64,000 nt of DNA from NCBI GenBank assembly GCA_965218425.1, contig OZ244621.1:2048001-2112000 (forward strand), in the 5' to 3' direction. Both the position numbers and the translations under genes were made by a program. The stretch's first letter is position 1. Every line of letters begins with the position of its first letter. Under the pieces are notes generated by a model that saw nothing but the letters and a program-made list of their open reading frames with translations, ran no database searches and was not told the origin of the DNA. Source of the stretch: an uncultured Candidatus Binatia bacterium. GTDB taxonomy: Bacteria; Desulfobacterota; Binatia; UBA9968; CAXXLF01. Positions 63,552 through 64,000 of the stretch are shown in pieces.

Positions 63552-64000
63552 ATGCTATTTCGTAACGATAAAAAAGACGACAAAGAGCAGGGCGGCGACG
63601 AAACCCAGGTGCCGCTGTTGCCGCTGAGGGATATTATTGTTTTTCCTCACATGGTGGTGCCTCTGTTCGTGGGGCGGCACAAATCCATCCGGGCCCTGGA
63701 GGAGGCAACTCAAAAACAGGGACCCATCTTTCTGTCATCTCAGAAAGACGCCAAGACCAACGACCCCACTGAAACCGATATTTATCCCATCGGCACCTTG
63801 GGTACGGTGGTTCAAATGTTGAAGCTTCCTGATGGGACGGTGAAAGTGCTGGTGGAAGGAAAGAAGCGGGCCAAGGTGGTGCGTTATCTGACCCATCCGG
63901 ACTTTTTTCTCGTAGGTGTCGAGGAAATTCAGGAGGTGGCGGATCGAACCCCGGAGGTGGAGGCTTTGATCCGTGAGGTTCACACCACTTTTGAAAACTT
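63552..64000 (+). CDS. lon: Lon protease (N-terminal part; runs off the window end)
   Basis: Manual translation PLLPLRDIIVFPHMVVPLFVGR...LKLPDGTVKVLVEG; follows clpX. Confidence 0.93.
   Translation, partial: MLFRNDKKDDKEQGGDETQVPLLPLRDIIVFPHMVVPLFVGRHKSIRALEEATQKQGPIFLSSQKDAKTNDPTETDIYPIGTLGTVVQMLKLPDGTVKVLVEGKKRAKVVRYLTHPDFFLVGVEEIQEVADRTPEVEALIREVHTTFEN

Overview
Bacterial chromosomal window of mostly housekeeping genes. Gene content loosely suggests a Deltaproteobacteria/Binatota-like organism; this is inference only. In order: M1 aminopeptidase, addB-addA, a MarR-linked operon (nucleoside phosphorylase, MtnA-like isomerase, class II aldolase, acyl-CoA ligase), an incomplete isc/nif Fe-S cluster, uvrA, pmm, pdxA, surA, mfd, HU, ilvE, archease-rtcB, ferredoxin, lipA/lipB, 2-oxoacid:ferredoxin oxidoreductase, ALDH-glcDEF, rph-rdgB, five tRNAs (Pro, Arg, His, Lys, Leu) and tig-clpP-clpX-lon. 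The best candidate for an undescribed system is a ~6.2 kb integrase-less island at tRNA-Lys, bounded by an 11-bp att-like direct repeat. It carries a tightly linked HerA-like ATPase, a Zn-ribbon NurA-like nuclease and an SPPY-type DNA methyltransferase, and may be a restriction/anti-phage system. Other leads: a divergent DHAP-shunt-like nucleoside pathway with altered active-site motifs and a 1.5-domain isomerase; a pseudoknotted ~100-nt RNA candidate ahead of archease-rtcB; a UvrA lacking its insertion domain; dispersed MITE-like repeats; and several gene remnants. All calls come from motif recognition by eye; no database search or folding program was run.
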